The translations under genes and the position numbers were made by a program. Under the pieces are notes generated by a model that saw only the letters and a list, made by a program, of their open reading frames with translations, was not told the origin of the DNA and searched no databases. A stretch of 63,005 bases of DNA, counting the filler, from Reticulomyxa filosa (lineage: Eukaryota > Protista > Foraminifera), in assembly GCA_000512085.1 (NCBI GenBank). It is 19 parts of 19 records of this genome, joined end to end, with 100 filler letters (N's around TTAATTAATTAA, not from the genome) between each part and the next. Parts side by side here need not be neighbours in the genome. Positions count along the whole stretch, not along the records: positions 23,257 to 33,315 come from ASPP01006493.1; positions 33,416 to 35,313 come from ASPP01004359.1; positions 35,414 to 37,805 come from ASPP01023657.1; 16 more parts are not named here. The stretch is one strand, 5' to 3'. Shown in pieces: positions 24,061 through 36,106 of this stretch; position 1 is the stretch's first letter; each line of letters starts with the position of its first letter.

Positions 24061-25119
24061 ATGAGGGTTCAATATTTGCAAGCCAAGAATTCAAGTAATG
24101 CAATTCGTGTTGTAAAATTTTTTTTTGTATTTATTGCCTTGAGTTTGATTTCATGGCAATTATATGCATATTTTGATTCAAGCGACGTTGGAAGCACATC
24201 GTCAGTACGCAAACCGAAACCAACGCTTGAAAGCCTCGTTGCAAAGTTCAACGAAACGCCAAGCGAGCATAAAAAACAGCAGTTGTTTCCAAGGATAATA
24301 ATCCAAACAAGTAGAGGGTTTGAGAGGGCTTCGCGATCGTGGATAGCGTTGAATAGCGGTTGGGAATACAAGTTTTTTGACGATACGGAAATGATGAACA
24401 TGGTAATAAAATATCTACTCCATTATGAGAAGAAAGATTCTGAAATGAATAGCGAAGCGTGGGTAAGAGCAATAGTGGACAATTTGTTAATGGTCGAAAA
24501 GGCCGATTTATTCCGATATATCGCAATTTATGAATATGGAGGAATATATGCGGATAGCGATGTGGTATGCAAAGCTCCGGTCGATGAATGGTTACCACGT
24601 TATCATAGTGTGTTGAATTATAAGAATCTGTCGTTGGACGACATTGATTTCATCGTCGGAGTAGAGTTTATTGAGCGTATTAGTCCCAATCCTTTCCAAT
24701 TGGTCCAATGGACATTTGGTGCAAAGCGACATAGTCCGATTATCAAGAAAATTATTGATATATGCATTACGAATATTCGGGAAGGCAAATACAAAAATCA
24801 CGTCATTCAACGCACGGGTCCAGGGGCGTTCACCACTGTTATTGTTAGATTCATGTACGACCACTCAACCCCTACCAACTCGAAACAACGTATGCATCTA
24901 CACTATCCAACCCATATCATGTATGACATGCGGAAACTCGACATTGGTAGTCAAATCATCAAGTTAAAGGGTGGAATCAATTTGTGGATTCTCCCTTATC
25001 GTGCCTTCGGCATCCATCCTTCGAGTAAAAATAACATGCTTCCTGTGTCACAACAACTTGTCATGCACCGCTTTGAAGGCTCTTGGAAACATAAAACACT
25101 CTTTGAACACTGGTTTTAA
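24061..25119 (+). CDS. GT32 / OCH1-like DXD glycosyltransferase, type II membrane protein, intronless
   Basis: N-terminal TM helix; FPRIIIQT, SWIALNSGWEYKFFDD, EKADLFRYIAIYEYGGIYADSD, QLVQWTF, RTGPGAFT, HRFEGSWK. Confidence 0.9.
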   Translation: MRVQYLQAKNSSNAIRVVKFFFVFIALSLISWQLYAYFDSSDVGSTSSVRKPKPTLESLVAKFNETPSEHKKQQLFPRIIIQTSRGFERASRSWIALNSGWEYKFFDDTEMMNMVIKYLLHYEKKDSEMNSEAWVRAIVDNLLMVEKADLFRYIAIYEYGGIYADSDVVCKAPVDEWLPRYHSVLNYKNLSLDDIDFIVGVEFIERISPNPFQLVQWTFGAKRHSPIIKKIIDICITNIREGKYKNHVIQRTGPGAFTTVIVRFMYDHSTPTNSKQRMHLHYPTHIMYDMRKLDIGSQIIKLKGGINLWILPYRAFGIHPSSKNNMLPVSQQLVMHRFEGSWKHKTLFEHWF

Positions 25120-26448
25120 ACTTCGTTTTGCATCTTTTTTTTTTTTTTGACTCAAAAATTTTGACAATGTCCCAAGTAGGAAAAAAATATTAAAAATGAG
25201 ATGATAAGCAATTCTTCTTTGCAACACTTTTTTTTCCCCTTGTATTATTTCAAGACTTGGAACGCATTGGTGATTGTGAATGCACTTTGCCGAGCTATAA
25301 TGGAATTGTACTTTATAAAATTGCTTTTTTTATCTTGCAAAACAAATGTAAAGAGAAATAAGATAATAAAAGTAAAATGCAGAATATTGACAACAAGCCA
25401 GGGTGTTTTAGGAAAGCTCATCAATTGGCAAATAATCATCTTGGAAAGTTTGGAACAAATTCGAAACAAAATGGGAAAAAATGGAAACAAACATTTGTGA
25501 AACTTTAATAAAGTCGATGCCAAAGATAATACATGCAGTTAAAAAGGACAAATGATATATAACACATTGGTAAACTTGAATTAATTTCTAAAAAACAAAT
25601 CTTATCATACTCAGACACAAAAAAAATTTTTTTTAAATTAAATGAAAGATTAAAATTTGAAAAAATTGTAAATAATTAATAAAAAACCAAAATGATATTT
25701 AAAAATTACAATATTCGTATATATATTTTTTTTAAATTTTGATTAAATGTGTTTTTTCATTGAGAAACACAATTATCTATATAAGGTGGCATTTTAGGTG
25801 TCAACTTTTTTTTATCTTAATGTATTTTGGACTTAGTGTTAATTTGTTCTTCCAAAACTCTAACGTATATATGCACTTTTCGATATCTTTTCAAAGCGCT
25901 TGCATCCGGTGTTCTAACGACAACTAGTACGTTGCACTTACTGTTCAATTTACAATGAATATATATCGTTATTATCAGTTTTGATTCAAATCCCTTTTGT
26001 TTCTTTTTAAACTGTTCTCGAAAAATGCAGCCATGACGTAACGGTGATTGTCAGAACTTCAAAATTCAGCTGTTCGTTAATAGCCCTTTTTTTGCTCCAA
26101 GCTACTACAAAGTAAACTAAAAAAATTGAATATTACACATTAGTTTTAAAATTTACAAAAATCAATAAAAAATTCAAATGTTGAAAAATACAAAATATAT
26201 AGAAAAACCTTAAAAAAGAACAATGTGAAAACTCATCGGCAGAAGATTGCAATGTGCTAAAAAATTGTTGCATCCTATAAACGGTCTAGTGCTAACAAAT
26301 GGATTCGTTTAAACTTATTTATTTGTTCATTTTTTTGCAAACTTTAAAATTTTGCTCGTTTCTTTTAAAGTTATTTTTTGTGCAAGCCAAAACTCGTTTT
26401 TTAATTTAATAATTTCCCAATTTCAACTTCTGATCAAATCCATTCACA

Positions 26449-29147
26449 ATGTCAGCTCCACAATCACCTTCGGCAGTGAATCATGATGAGGGAGGGTAAT
26501 ATTTTCTTGCTCAGACGCAAATCTTTTAAGAATGTTTAACAAAACAAAGTACAAAAAGCTTAAAAAACAAGTTCTGGAACTGTGCTTGTCTTGAAACAGA
26601 GAGGATTCCTTGCCCTCTTCATTGCAGCAGCACCGACTAGAAGAAAAACGAGAGCTGCGTGATTTGAATCAGCGATTGACAATGTTAGTTCGACATCAAA
26701 GAGAGGGTCGAAGTGAGGTAAATCATTTGAAAAAGCTACTAGCAGAAACGGAAGTTGACTTTCGACAAAAGCTGAAAGATTCCGAAAAACACTACCAACT
26801 TTTGCAAGACAAATTCATGGCAGAAAACGAGCAATTAAACCTTCACAATAAAACTTTGCGAGAACAACTTGACACAACTGAAAAGTTGAATACATTTTTT
26901 CCTCAATATTTTACATTTGTTAATTTTGTTTTTTTATTTAATCCAAAAGAGCCCGTCAAAATGCTGAGAGCCGATGTGTGAACTTGGACCAAGCCATGAC
27001 AAGGAAGATGACAGAGCTGGAGTTGAAAGATAAAAAACTACAAGCAATGCAAAATCAATTGGAAGGATTAATGAACGAATTAGTAGCTGTCAAAGCATCT
27101 GTGAAAGCTTCTTCAAAAAATGACGAGCAGTTGGCCGGGCAGCTGCAAGAACAATGTGATCAATGGAAGTCCAAATTTGATATGACATGTGAAGAGTTGG
27201 CAAAAGTTTAACCTCTTTTTTTTTTTGATTGGTTGCAAATCTCTATGATGTGTGTTGCCTCTGGAAAGTACGTTAAGATTTGCACCCTAAAAAAAAAAGA
27301 TCAAATCCCGTCACAAATGTCAAGTAGATGGCTATCAGCGTGAGTTGAACGGCAAATCAGAAGAAAACGAAAAATTGAAAGAACAATTGAGAGAGTATGT
27401 GAAAAAAGGCCAAGAATTGCAAAACCAGATCAGACAGGAATTTGACACGAAAATGACCGAAGTTTTGAACGATTTGCTACTATATCAAAATAATCTCTTT
27501 TTTTTTTTCGTTTTACACTTTTGAAAAAATGTTTTTGCTTCATTAGCAAAAAAAAAAGTTGTGTGTTTGTAGTTTGTGGAAAAAAGAGAAATTCAATACC
27601 AAAGTGAAAAAGAAGAGTGGATGAAGATATTTAAAGAGGAATACCAAAAAAAAATGACCCAGTTTAAAGAAATCAATGCTCAGCTGGTAGAATCAAACAA
27701 AAAGCTTGAGTCGGAAATTAATGACTTGAAGCTGCGTCTTACTCGTGTTCGACGTGAAAAAGCTGAAATCGATGCTGAGAAACACCACTTAGTTTTGTGA
27801 GATTGATATTTGTTTTTTGTTTTCGAAGTGAATCTCCATTGTATGTTTTTATGCATATTTTTATGTTACTGGACTGTAGGAAGAAGAACTTGAAAAAGCC
27901 CGAAATGACACAGATGAACTGCGCCAAAGAAAGGACGATGAACTTCGTGAAAAAACGTTGCTTGTTTCCTCGTTGCAAGAATCTCTCAAGCAAAAGGAAA
28001 CTGCATTTGAGGAACTGTCTGGTGCCAAAATTCAATTGGACAATGAAATTGCAGTTGAGAATGAAGGATGGAGAGATTTGCTTTGTGCTTTTGTATGCGT
28101 ACTTTTTTTCATCCAATGCCCTCCTCCATCTTTTTTTAAAAAAAGTGTATCGTACCATATTGAATGAAGCGGAAAAAGAAGCAGGATATGTCAATCCTCT
28201 TGAATCTGGGCGCAAGAAACGCAATACAGACGACGGAAACAACTGTTCAGTTTCGACACCGGGATTAAATCGCGCAAGACAGGCAGCGAGACAAGAATTG
28301 CAAGACGTTGGAACGAGTACAGACAAGAATAGCCCCAACAATGTGCGAGATAACGAAATAATGGAAGAAGATGAAGAAGAAAATGGAAGTGAAGAGGATG
28401 AAAGTGAGGATCAGGAAAATATCTTTGACACGAACAATCTGCCAAGAGGTAATATAACAACTAATCCTCTCGGATCCAATAATCACAATCATAAACGTAA
28501 ATATCCCGACCAAAAAGATGTCGATAAGACAATGAGTTCGAATAGTGAGTCCAAACACAATGATATTGATTCAGTTTGGCAAATAGAAAAAAGATGAAAA
28601 GGGATATTTATACAATACATACACATAAATAATCTATACTTTGTATTTATATTTTGACAGGCTCCAGGCGAACCCTTTCCTCTTCAATTTTCAACAATGG
28701 ACTTGTGCAGCTCCACTTTGGAAGTTCAAAATATTAGTGATCATTCCATTGATCTTCGAGGATTTTATCTTACTAACTTCGACAAAAGTAAAAAATTTTT
28801 GTTTCCAGTCGACCGAACACTTGATTCAAGTCTGTCTTTTTGAGTTTTAAACTGCGTGGCTAAACTATAAACAAAACTGCTATTTCTTTGTTTTTTCTCT
28901 TTCATTGTTTTATATAAAATAAAATGTATTGAATGATTTAGATGAACGAATTAAAATAATTGTCGGAAGTGCCTCAGATTTGAAGAGCTTTGATGGCTTG
29001 TGGTGGCATGAAAATGTTTGGAGTGGGGTCAAAGATGAAGTGGCTCGTTTGTTCGATCCCTCGCACAAAGAAATCGCCAGGATTGAAATTTCACCAGATA
29101 TGCTACCCGAAAAAATTAGAACACGTAAGAATTGTTTGATCATGTGA
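26449..29147 (+). CDS. Nuclear lamin (type V intermediate filament), 9 exons
   Basis: Exons 26449-26495, 26600-26884, 26950-27205, 27300-27461, 27573-27791, 27880-28053, 28145-28573, 28661-28829 and 28942-29147. Coil-1A HRLEEKRELRDLNQRL, rod end FEELSGAKIQLDNEIAVYRTILNEAE, NLS GRKKR, lamin-tail-like LEVQNISDHSIDLRGFYL...WWHENVW, and CaaX CLIM*. Confidence 0.9.
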
Positions 29148-29633
29148 GCAAACATTTTGCCACTTTGTAACACGATTTTATGCAAAAAATATTATAATTT
29201 TTTTTTTCTTTTGCTTAAGGGAATGGTTTTCGTTTGGGTTTTTTTGGAAAAAAGCTTATTTAAATTTGGATACCCTGTTGCATACTAATATTTAGAATAA
29301 CTTTCGCTGACTACTTTCAAATTTTTCTTATGCGTTGTCACGGTATAGATTCAAATAATAAAAAAAGAACAGACAGGGAAATCGAACACATTTTCATCAT
29401 TCAAAGTGTGAATAATTATTAAAAAAGAGCAAAAAAAAGAAATACACAATTATGATTCAAACAGAATTTTTGATTAAGAACGAAAGCCAGATGTTAGATC
29501 TCATTACGCCCTGTTTCTTATCATTTCTTTCCCTCCCAATAACAAAAAATAATTTAAAACGTAATTTTGGCGCGTCTTTTATCATATCATTTTTTAAGTG
29601 ATGTCTGCGAGCAAAGATGCTGAAAAAGATTGT

Positions 29634-29960
29634 TCAGCATTGCGCAGAGCCATAAGTAGAAGGTGGAAAGCCTGTGTTACCATCGTTATCACCGTCACTG
29701 TTTTCATCATTTTTGTTCACAAACAAGTAGTCGTTGTTTTGTAAGTTCTTGCGTGAGGATGATTTGATGTTGGATGATCTTAGCATCGTGAAAGCCACGA
29801 TTACTACAACCACCAAAATCAACCAGATTGTTAGGAACACTTTTGTAGGAGTTTTATCCAATCCAGATGCATTTTCCTTTTCATTGACAAGTTCGTGTGT
29901 TTCATGTTTGCTCCATTTGTCTAAAGTAAAGGCAAACAAGTAAACGTACCACTTCAACAA
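29634..29960 (-). CDS. Small single-pass membrane protein, hypothetical
   Basis: One strong TM segment (VFLTIWLILVVVVIVAFTML). The 5' end and splicing are unclear. Confidence 0.4.
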   Translation of the reverse strand: MLKWYVYLFAFTLDKWSKHETHELVNEKENASGLDKTPTKVFLTIWLILVVVVIVAFTMLRSSNIKSSSRKNLQNNDYLFVNKNDENSDGDNDGNTGFPPSTYGSAQC

Positions 29961-30448
29961 TCTCTTCCCCCGCTTCGGAATACCATCTTTTCACAACTTT
30001 AAATGCATGATGTATAAATGGCGAAAATCCCATATTTTCTTATATAATTTGATATTTTTCTAAAAGTTTAACAATCGGCTTGCCCTTGTTTTAACTGAAC
30101 TAGTATAATACGCAAGATATTAAAAAACTCAATAAAGAACAAATATCCTTAAACAACTAAAGAAATAGTCTTTTTTTAGGATTGCAGCTTGATCACAAAA
30201 TAGGGTTAGAGATTTACGACCAAGTAAGTGCAAGGGATCGCTAATTTGAATGGGAACGACAACACGTGTGGTTTAAATTCCAAGAACAAACTTTTGCAAT
30301 CCATATAAATAAAAGAGTTCAAGCAACATTTGGAACGAAAGGAAAAGCAGGCAAAAGAAGAGGACAGAAGGCGCACAAAAAAAAAATTTTGTTATGCAAC
30401 GCAGTTCTAAGGCTTTTGTGTTGATTCTAGTAAATAGTAAAAAAAAGA

Positions 30449-31887
30449 TCAGGAAAGCATGCTTAGCAAGTTTTGAAAGAAGCCTCCACCCCCTTCCGCG
30501 GGAACACCCAAGCATAAGTGTGCAGCTTTATTGACAAAATGTAGCAGCTGTTCATCTTTCATGAGTAGTGGTCGATATGTATTCAAAACAATTTGATACA
30601 AAGAAACGCTTTTTCTTTCAAATGATTCTACCAACAAATCACACATATTTTCCAAGGGGTGTCTGCTGTCATCCTTCCAATTTTTTTGATGTGCGTCTCT
30701 CTTCCAATAACCAGATCACAACATACGCATACATAAATTATATAAACAAACAATACACATTCACCAAGCAACAAAAAAAAAAAGAAATGCTTATTTTTCA
30801 ATAAGAGGAAAGGAGAGTAAAAAGAAAAAGAAAGACAATTCTTTTTTTTTTAAAAAAAAAAAAAAAAACTGGAGTGATAGCATCAATCAATTGCCTAGCA
30901 TTGGAAACGTCACATAGACATAAAAATTGCAAGATCATGCGTGTAAGAAAGAAAGGCCGTTCTTTGGGAGGGGCGTTTTGTGTCCAGTCGGCATACAAGT
31001 CAATCAATGGGGTGACCTCCCCAGCTTTGATTAGCATTTGCGAGGCATTGAAATAGTGTTTGTTATTAAAATACAAAGAAAGCCCATATTTTTTATATAA
31101 TTGTCGCACATTTTTTTGCACAAGCAAACATTGTTCTGGAGACAGTTCCGGGAGTTGAAATGCTGTCTCTGTACCCTTTTCTTTGTTCTCGTGTTCACTT
31201 TTGCTCTCCGATCCAGACTCGCTCGCATTCGACCCGTTTGCGATTTCCCGGTCGATACACTTGCACCCGTCGACGCTTTGTTGTGTGTTGAATTGATGAG
31301 AAGATTGGCCCACTCCACCACATTCTTCACAAACCTTTCTTGCAAAAGCAATTCATCGGGTGGAATCAAGCTATAGCATTCCAATAGAAACTTGCATTTG
31401 TCATCGTCCAGAATTTTACCCGATTTCTTCCAAACATCCAACAAGTCCACTATTAAGTCTAGCCCTTTATTTTTTATTTTTTTTTTAATCACTCGTTTTA
31501 TGAGGTTGGTTCAAAAGGCCTCCTACAGTTCATATTTGTTCAATAGATTGATTTTTTTTTTTTGAATCCAAAAGGGGGGGTCAAACTTTTTTTTCCCTCC
31601 CTATCCCTTCCTCCTTCCTTCTCTAAATTCTACATTGAATATGTACCCCCTTTTAGATATGCTTTGGATATATAAATACCTCCGTTGACTTGCTGGTGCG
31701 AAAAAGACTTCAGCGCTCCTTGCTGCAATAAATAGGAGGCGTCCTCGTAGTTTTCTTGGTTCAACAGTCGTGTGTACACGGTTTTTAGCATTTGCTCCCC
31801 TCCATAATAATCTTTCTTTTCAAAGCTTTTTTCCACATTTTGTATAATTCGACTTAGCTTTTGATTACTACCTTTTGCACGTGACAT
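30449..31887 (-). CDS. GET4: GET4/TRC35 (guided entry of tail-anchored proteins)
   Basis: DYYGGEQMLKTVYTRL...ASYLLQQGALKSFSHQQVNGGLDL, FLTRMILQFLCL, C-terminal GGFFQNLLSMLS*. Three exons (~31679-31887, ~30870-31464, 30449-30713). Confidence 0.88.
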
Positions 31888-32705
31888 ATTGGATAAGTCA
31901 GCAATGTCCAGCTATATATTTTTTTAAAAAAAACTAGTTATGCTTTTCCCCCTTCAAAGTAGGTACACACGTCTGATAAGAAAAATTAATACTGTTAATG
32001 GGGATTGCTTACCAGGAGCTGTATGGAGATTGCTGGTTTATGAATTTTTGAATTCAAAACAATTACTGCAAAATTTTGTGACAGCTACAATCCAGGTTTA
32101 AATAGTAGTAATGAAGAAAACCACATGTGGTTAATGCAATTATTCTCAGGATTTATCATTTATTACTATTATCTAACAACATTGATTGTTTCTCAGTTAA
32201 CACTGTTGGCTGTCGAACAAGTGTAATGGAAAGATCTTTTGCTTTTTAAGCTAATTTTCAACAAAACAAACAATGACTTAATCAAAAATAAAAACAAACA
32301 AGAAAAATTAAAGATGAAGCGCTGTATTATCGTGCAATTTTGATTTATTCAAAAATCTTTTCAATAAATTTTCATGGCAATTGTGCGATGTTTAACGATA
32401 TTTAAATTAATTATATCCATATTTATAAAAAGTATCTCGGAATATTTTTCTCTAACTCCTTGCTTCACTTTTCATAAAGTACGAAATACAACAAAGAAAT
32501 CTCTTAAGACTCGGATAGCTTTGGAATTTATGGAAATTTCTATTACATTCACTTTCTTATATTCGAACAATTGTAATTGCAATTGACGATAAACTGACAT
32601 ATTGAAAAGTGTGAAGCTTCCAACCAGTTTTTGCCTTTTGCTACAACACAAAAGTCCGCTTTTGTTGTGTTGTTCCTTTTGACCTGAAAAAAAGGAAGAA
32701 AAAGA

Positions 32706-33255
32706 ATGAAACGATTCTGTTTTTCCAGCAATAGAAGAAACATTTTCTTTACAACAACGCCAAGAAAGCAATATATTGTCGATTACAGTCAGCGCTTTAC
32801 CTCATCTTCCGCACATGGGAGTGCAACAGGCAGCAAAAACTTAGCTCCAAAGCTGTCTACATTTTACGACCACGTTTCAATATTGGGTGCGCCAATGTCG
32901 TTTGGACAGCCATTGTTGGGGGTCGAAAGTGGTCCGCAGATAATACGAAAAGCCGGATTGACAGCACGTCTAGCAAAAATAGGATGGCGTGTACGAGATA
33001 TAGGGGACATTGATTTCCCAGTTCCCGAAAGGGGTTCTCCATCAAGGTTTCGAGACGCAGTGGGCAAATGCAATGAAATTTTGTGCGAACGTATACTTCA
33101 ACCCGACAACAGAGATGCATTTACTCTAGTATTAGGTGGAGATCACAGTATAGCCCTGGGAAGTATTTCTGCCCAGCTGTTGCGCAATCCCGACCTTCAA
33201 GTCATTTGGGTGGATGCCCATGCAGACATTAACACCGCACAAACATCACCAACAG
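32706..33255 (+). CDS. Arginase with a probable mitochondrial transit peptide, 3'-partial
   Basis: GAPMSFGQP..GVESGP..IRKAGL, LGGDHSIALGS, WVDAHADINT..TSPTG. The N-terminus is Arg/Ser-rich. Confidence 0.92.
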
Positions 33256-33279
33256 GTCTAAGATTAACAACATTTGGTC

Positions 33280-33315
<36 letters not shown>

Positions 33316-33415
33316 NNNNNNNNNNNNNNNNNNNNNNNNNNNNNNNNNNNNNNNNNNNNTTAATTAATTAANNNNNNNNNNNNNNNNNNNNNNNNNNNNN
33401 NNNNNNNNNNNNNNN

Positions 33416-33457
<42 letters not shown>

Positions 33458-33532
33458 TCTGAAAAAGAAAGCGAGCAAACAAATAACAACAGCAAAAACT
33501 ATCAATAAATACTAATTAAAAAAAAATGGATA

Positions 33533-34232
33533 GTGAATTTGACCGAAGCTATATGTAATCCATATACTCCCGCCGGTGAATGGATAACAAGTTTTGATCT
33601 GGTGAAACTCCCACCAAAACTAAAAATGGCCTCAGTGGGAAGGGGCAAAATTGGGAAGTGTCGCGAAGACTGCGAAACCATTGCTTACGTATGTGAGTCA
33701 TTAATGCGTGATTACGAATATGAAATTGCAGACACATTCATGCAAAGGATTAGTCGCAAAGATTTAGATCAACAAATTTGTACTCGAGAATGCAAAAAAG
33801 AACAACCAATCACTTCGCAAACAAAAGTAAAATAAAACTTTTTTTTTTTCCCCCCCTCCCCCCCTCCCTCCCCTTTCCTTTCTCTTAAATTTGAAAACAA
33901 ACAAACAAACAAACAAATAATGATCAAATGCTTGATTATAGATTAAAGACGAAAAATGGGAAGAAGCCGACTTACAGGGACGGGCCACACTTATTTCTTT
34001 ACTCTCTCAACAAGCAAAGCAAAAATATGAGAGGCCTTACGGAAGTCCTGAAGAGCTACACAATCGAGTACAAGCCCAATTAGACAATGAGAAAATGGAA
34101 CAAGAACAATTGAAAAGAAGAGCCAGAAGACGTGCTGAATTGGAAGCCAAAAAATCAGGAGTTCCTTTTGATGCGCATATATGGGAGGCTATATATGACA
34201 AACAACATCAAAGCGAAAAAGATGAACTTTGA
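33533..34232 (+). CDS. ER-luminal saposin-B/Canopy-like protein with C-terminal KDEL, 5'-partial
   Basis: EAICNP...W...CETIAYVCESLMRDYEYEIAD...QQICTREC. The second exon (~33942-34232) ends QSEKDEL*. Confidence 0.65.
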
Positions 34233-34678
34233 TCACTTTTTTGTTTTCGTTTTCCTTCTGCAGTGTTTTTTGCATGATGTTCAACCTTCATCATTTCTTT
34301 TGCACTGGCCAGGATGTTTTACACAACAGTCATTTTCAATGTCTCCTCTCCAAAAAAAAATCAAATTCATATGATTTATAAAGAGGGATATACTAAAACT
34401 CTTGCACTTTCTATCTTATTTGAATTACTCCACTAGTGCTTTGAAAGGTGGGAACTCTTCGCGATTTTTCAGTAAGAATTGGAGCATTGATTTTCAAATA
34501 AACTTTGACTTCCAAGAAAAATTTGAGCAAAAGTCAATTCCAACAACACATACGAAGAATCAAGTTAAAAAAAAGAAATTATAGCATTTTGGCTGAGAAC
34601 TTCAATATGACTTTTTTCATTTTCATCTACCCACATGCACAAAAAAAAAGAAGTCAGAGTTTGTTGAAAAAAAAGAGA

Positions 34679-35296
34679 TTATTGCTGCCGTGAGCAAAAG
34701 AACAATTGAAAGGAAGAAGTATTTTTCTTCTCAAAATATAAAAAGTAGAGTCTTTGCGCAGTTGCCTTGAGTAAGTTTCCAATAATATGTATGTCTGGGT
34801 TGTAGCCTCTTCCGTCCAAAGCATCTTTCATCCACTTAGCATCAGCGGAGCCAGGTTCGGAATACAACGGCAACACGGTCTTTTTAAAGTCTCCGCCAAG
34901 CTCGCTCTCCAAGTCTTTCAACAAGCTGCGATCGCCCTTGTCTTCCACTTTGGCAAACATTTTCTTAATCTGCAAGCGTTGCTTGTGATTTCACATATGA
35001 CACTATCATCGCATCCAAAGCCTTTCATTGCTCCTCGCAGTTTCTATTCACACAACATTTGTATTATACGTTGTTGTTTTTTTAAAAAAATGTTTTAATT
35101 TGTTCAAAACTTTGGCATCTTCAAATGCATCTTCATCTGAATAAGTGGTTTTCGAGGAAATCAAAGAAGGCTTGGCATCTTCCAAAGGCTGCGACCACAC
35201 AAGGCTCTTCGAACTGATCTCCAACTTGCTCAATTTGTTGGAGACCTCGCTCACCTTTGTTTCCGTGGGTTCCACTTTGGTAATATCGCCATACAC
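34679..35296 (-). pseudogene. Annexin pseudogene or fragment
   Basis: LRGAMKGFGCDDSVICEIT and QRLQIKKMF...SLLKDLESELGGDFKKTVL...DAKWMKDALDGRG lie in different frames, with a short deletion near 34980. Similarity is lost in the second repeat. Confidence 0.75.
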
Positions 35297-35413
35297 ATAA
35301 AACGGATTAATTTNNNNNNNNNNNNNNNNNNNNNNNNNNNNNNNNNNNNNNNNNNNNTTAATTAATTAANNNNNNNNNNNNNNNNNNNNNNNNNNNNNNN
35401 NNNNNNNNNNNNN

Positions 35414-35451
<38 letters not shown>

Positions 35452-35452
<1 letters not shown>

Positions 35453-36059
35453 TACAGGAAAGGCAAAGACAATAGAGGCAGTATCGTCAGGAGACTTGCT
35501 GTTATCAGCAGTGGCATTGCTGTCTCCGACCTCGTCGGTGAGGTCGTTTGGGAGTGAGGCGTCGAAGAAATCGCCGGCAGAAGACATAATCTACGAGGAA
35601 GAGGAGGACCTGCAGGCGAATGCACCGCACGCAGACAAAGAAAAAGAGTCGCAAAAGACCACACGCAACCGCGCAAAGAGCAAGAAGGATCACACAAATG
35701 GAAGCGAAAGTGGGAGTGAAGGTGAGAGTGAACATGCCAAGGGGTCCGTTCCAAAAAAACGAAAGAATAAAGACAAAGACAAGGAAAAAGCACTGACCTT
35801 TGGCAATGGAGTATCATCATCAGGATCAATTTCTGCCCCTATGTCTCCCTCAGTGATAATGATGAGAAGAAAGACCGATGCGACTTTGCCTCCGCCCTTG
35901 CCTCCCGCTTCTCCTTCGTCGTCCTCCGTCCGATCGACGCCCTCCACGCCCACAGGCAAAGTGCTGTGGGTGACTAGTCCTTCCACTCCCACAGGCAAAG
36001 ATGGTGATGACGATGACGACGACGGACACAACGAAGAGAAGGGCTCGTCGTCATCTTCG

Positions 36060-36106
<47 letters not shown>

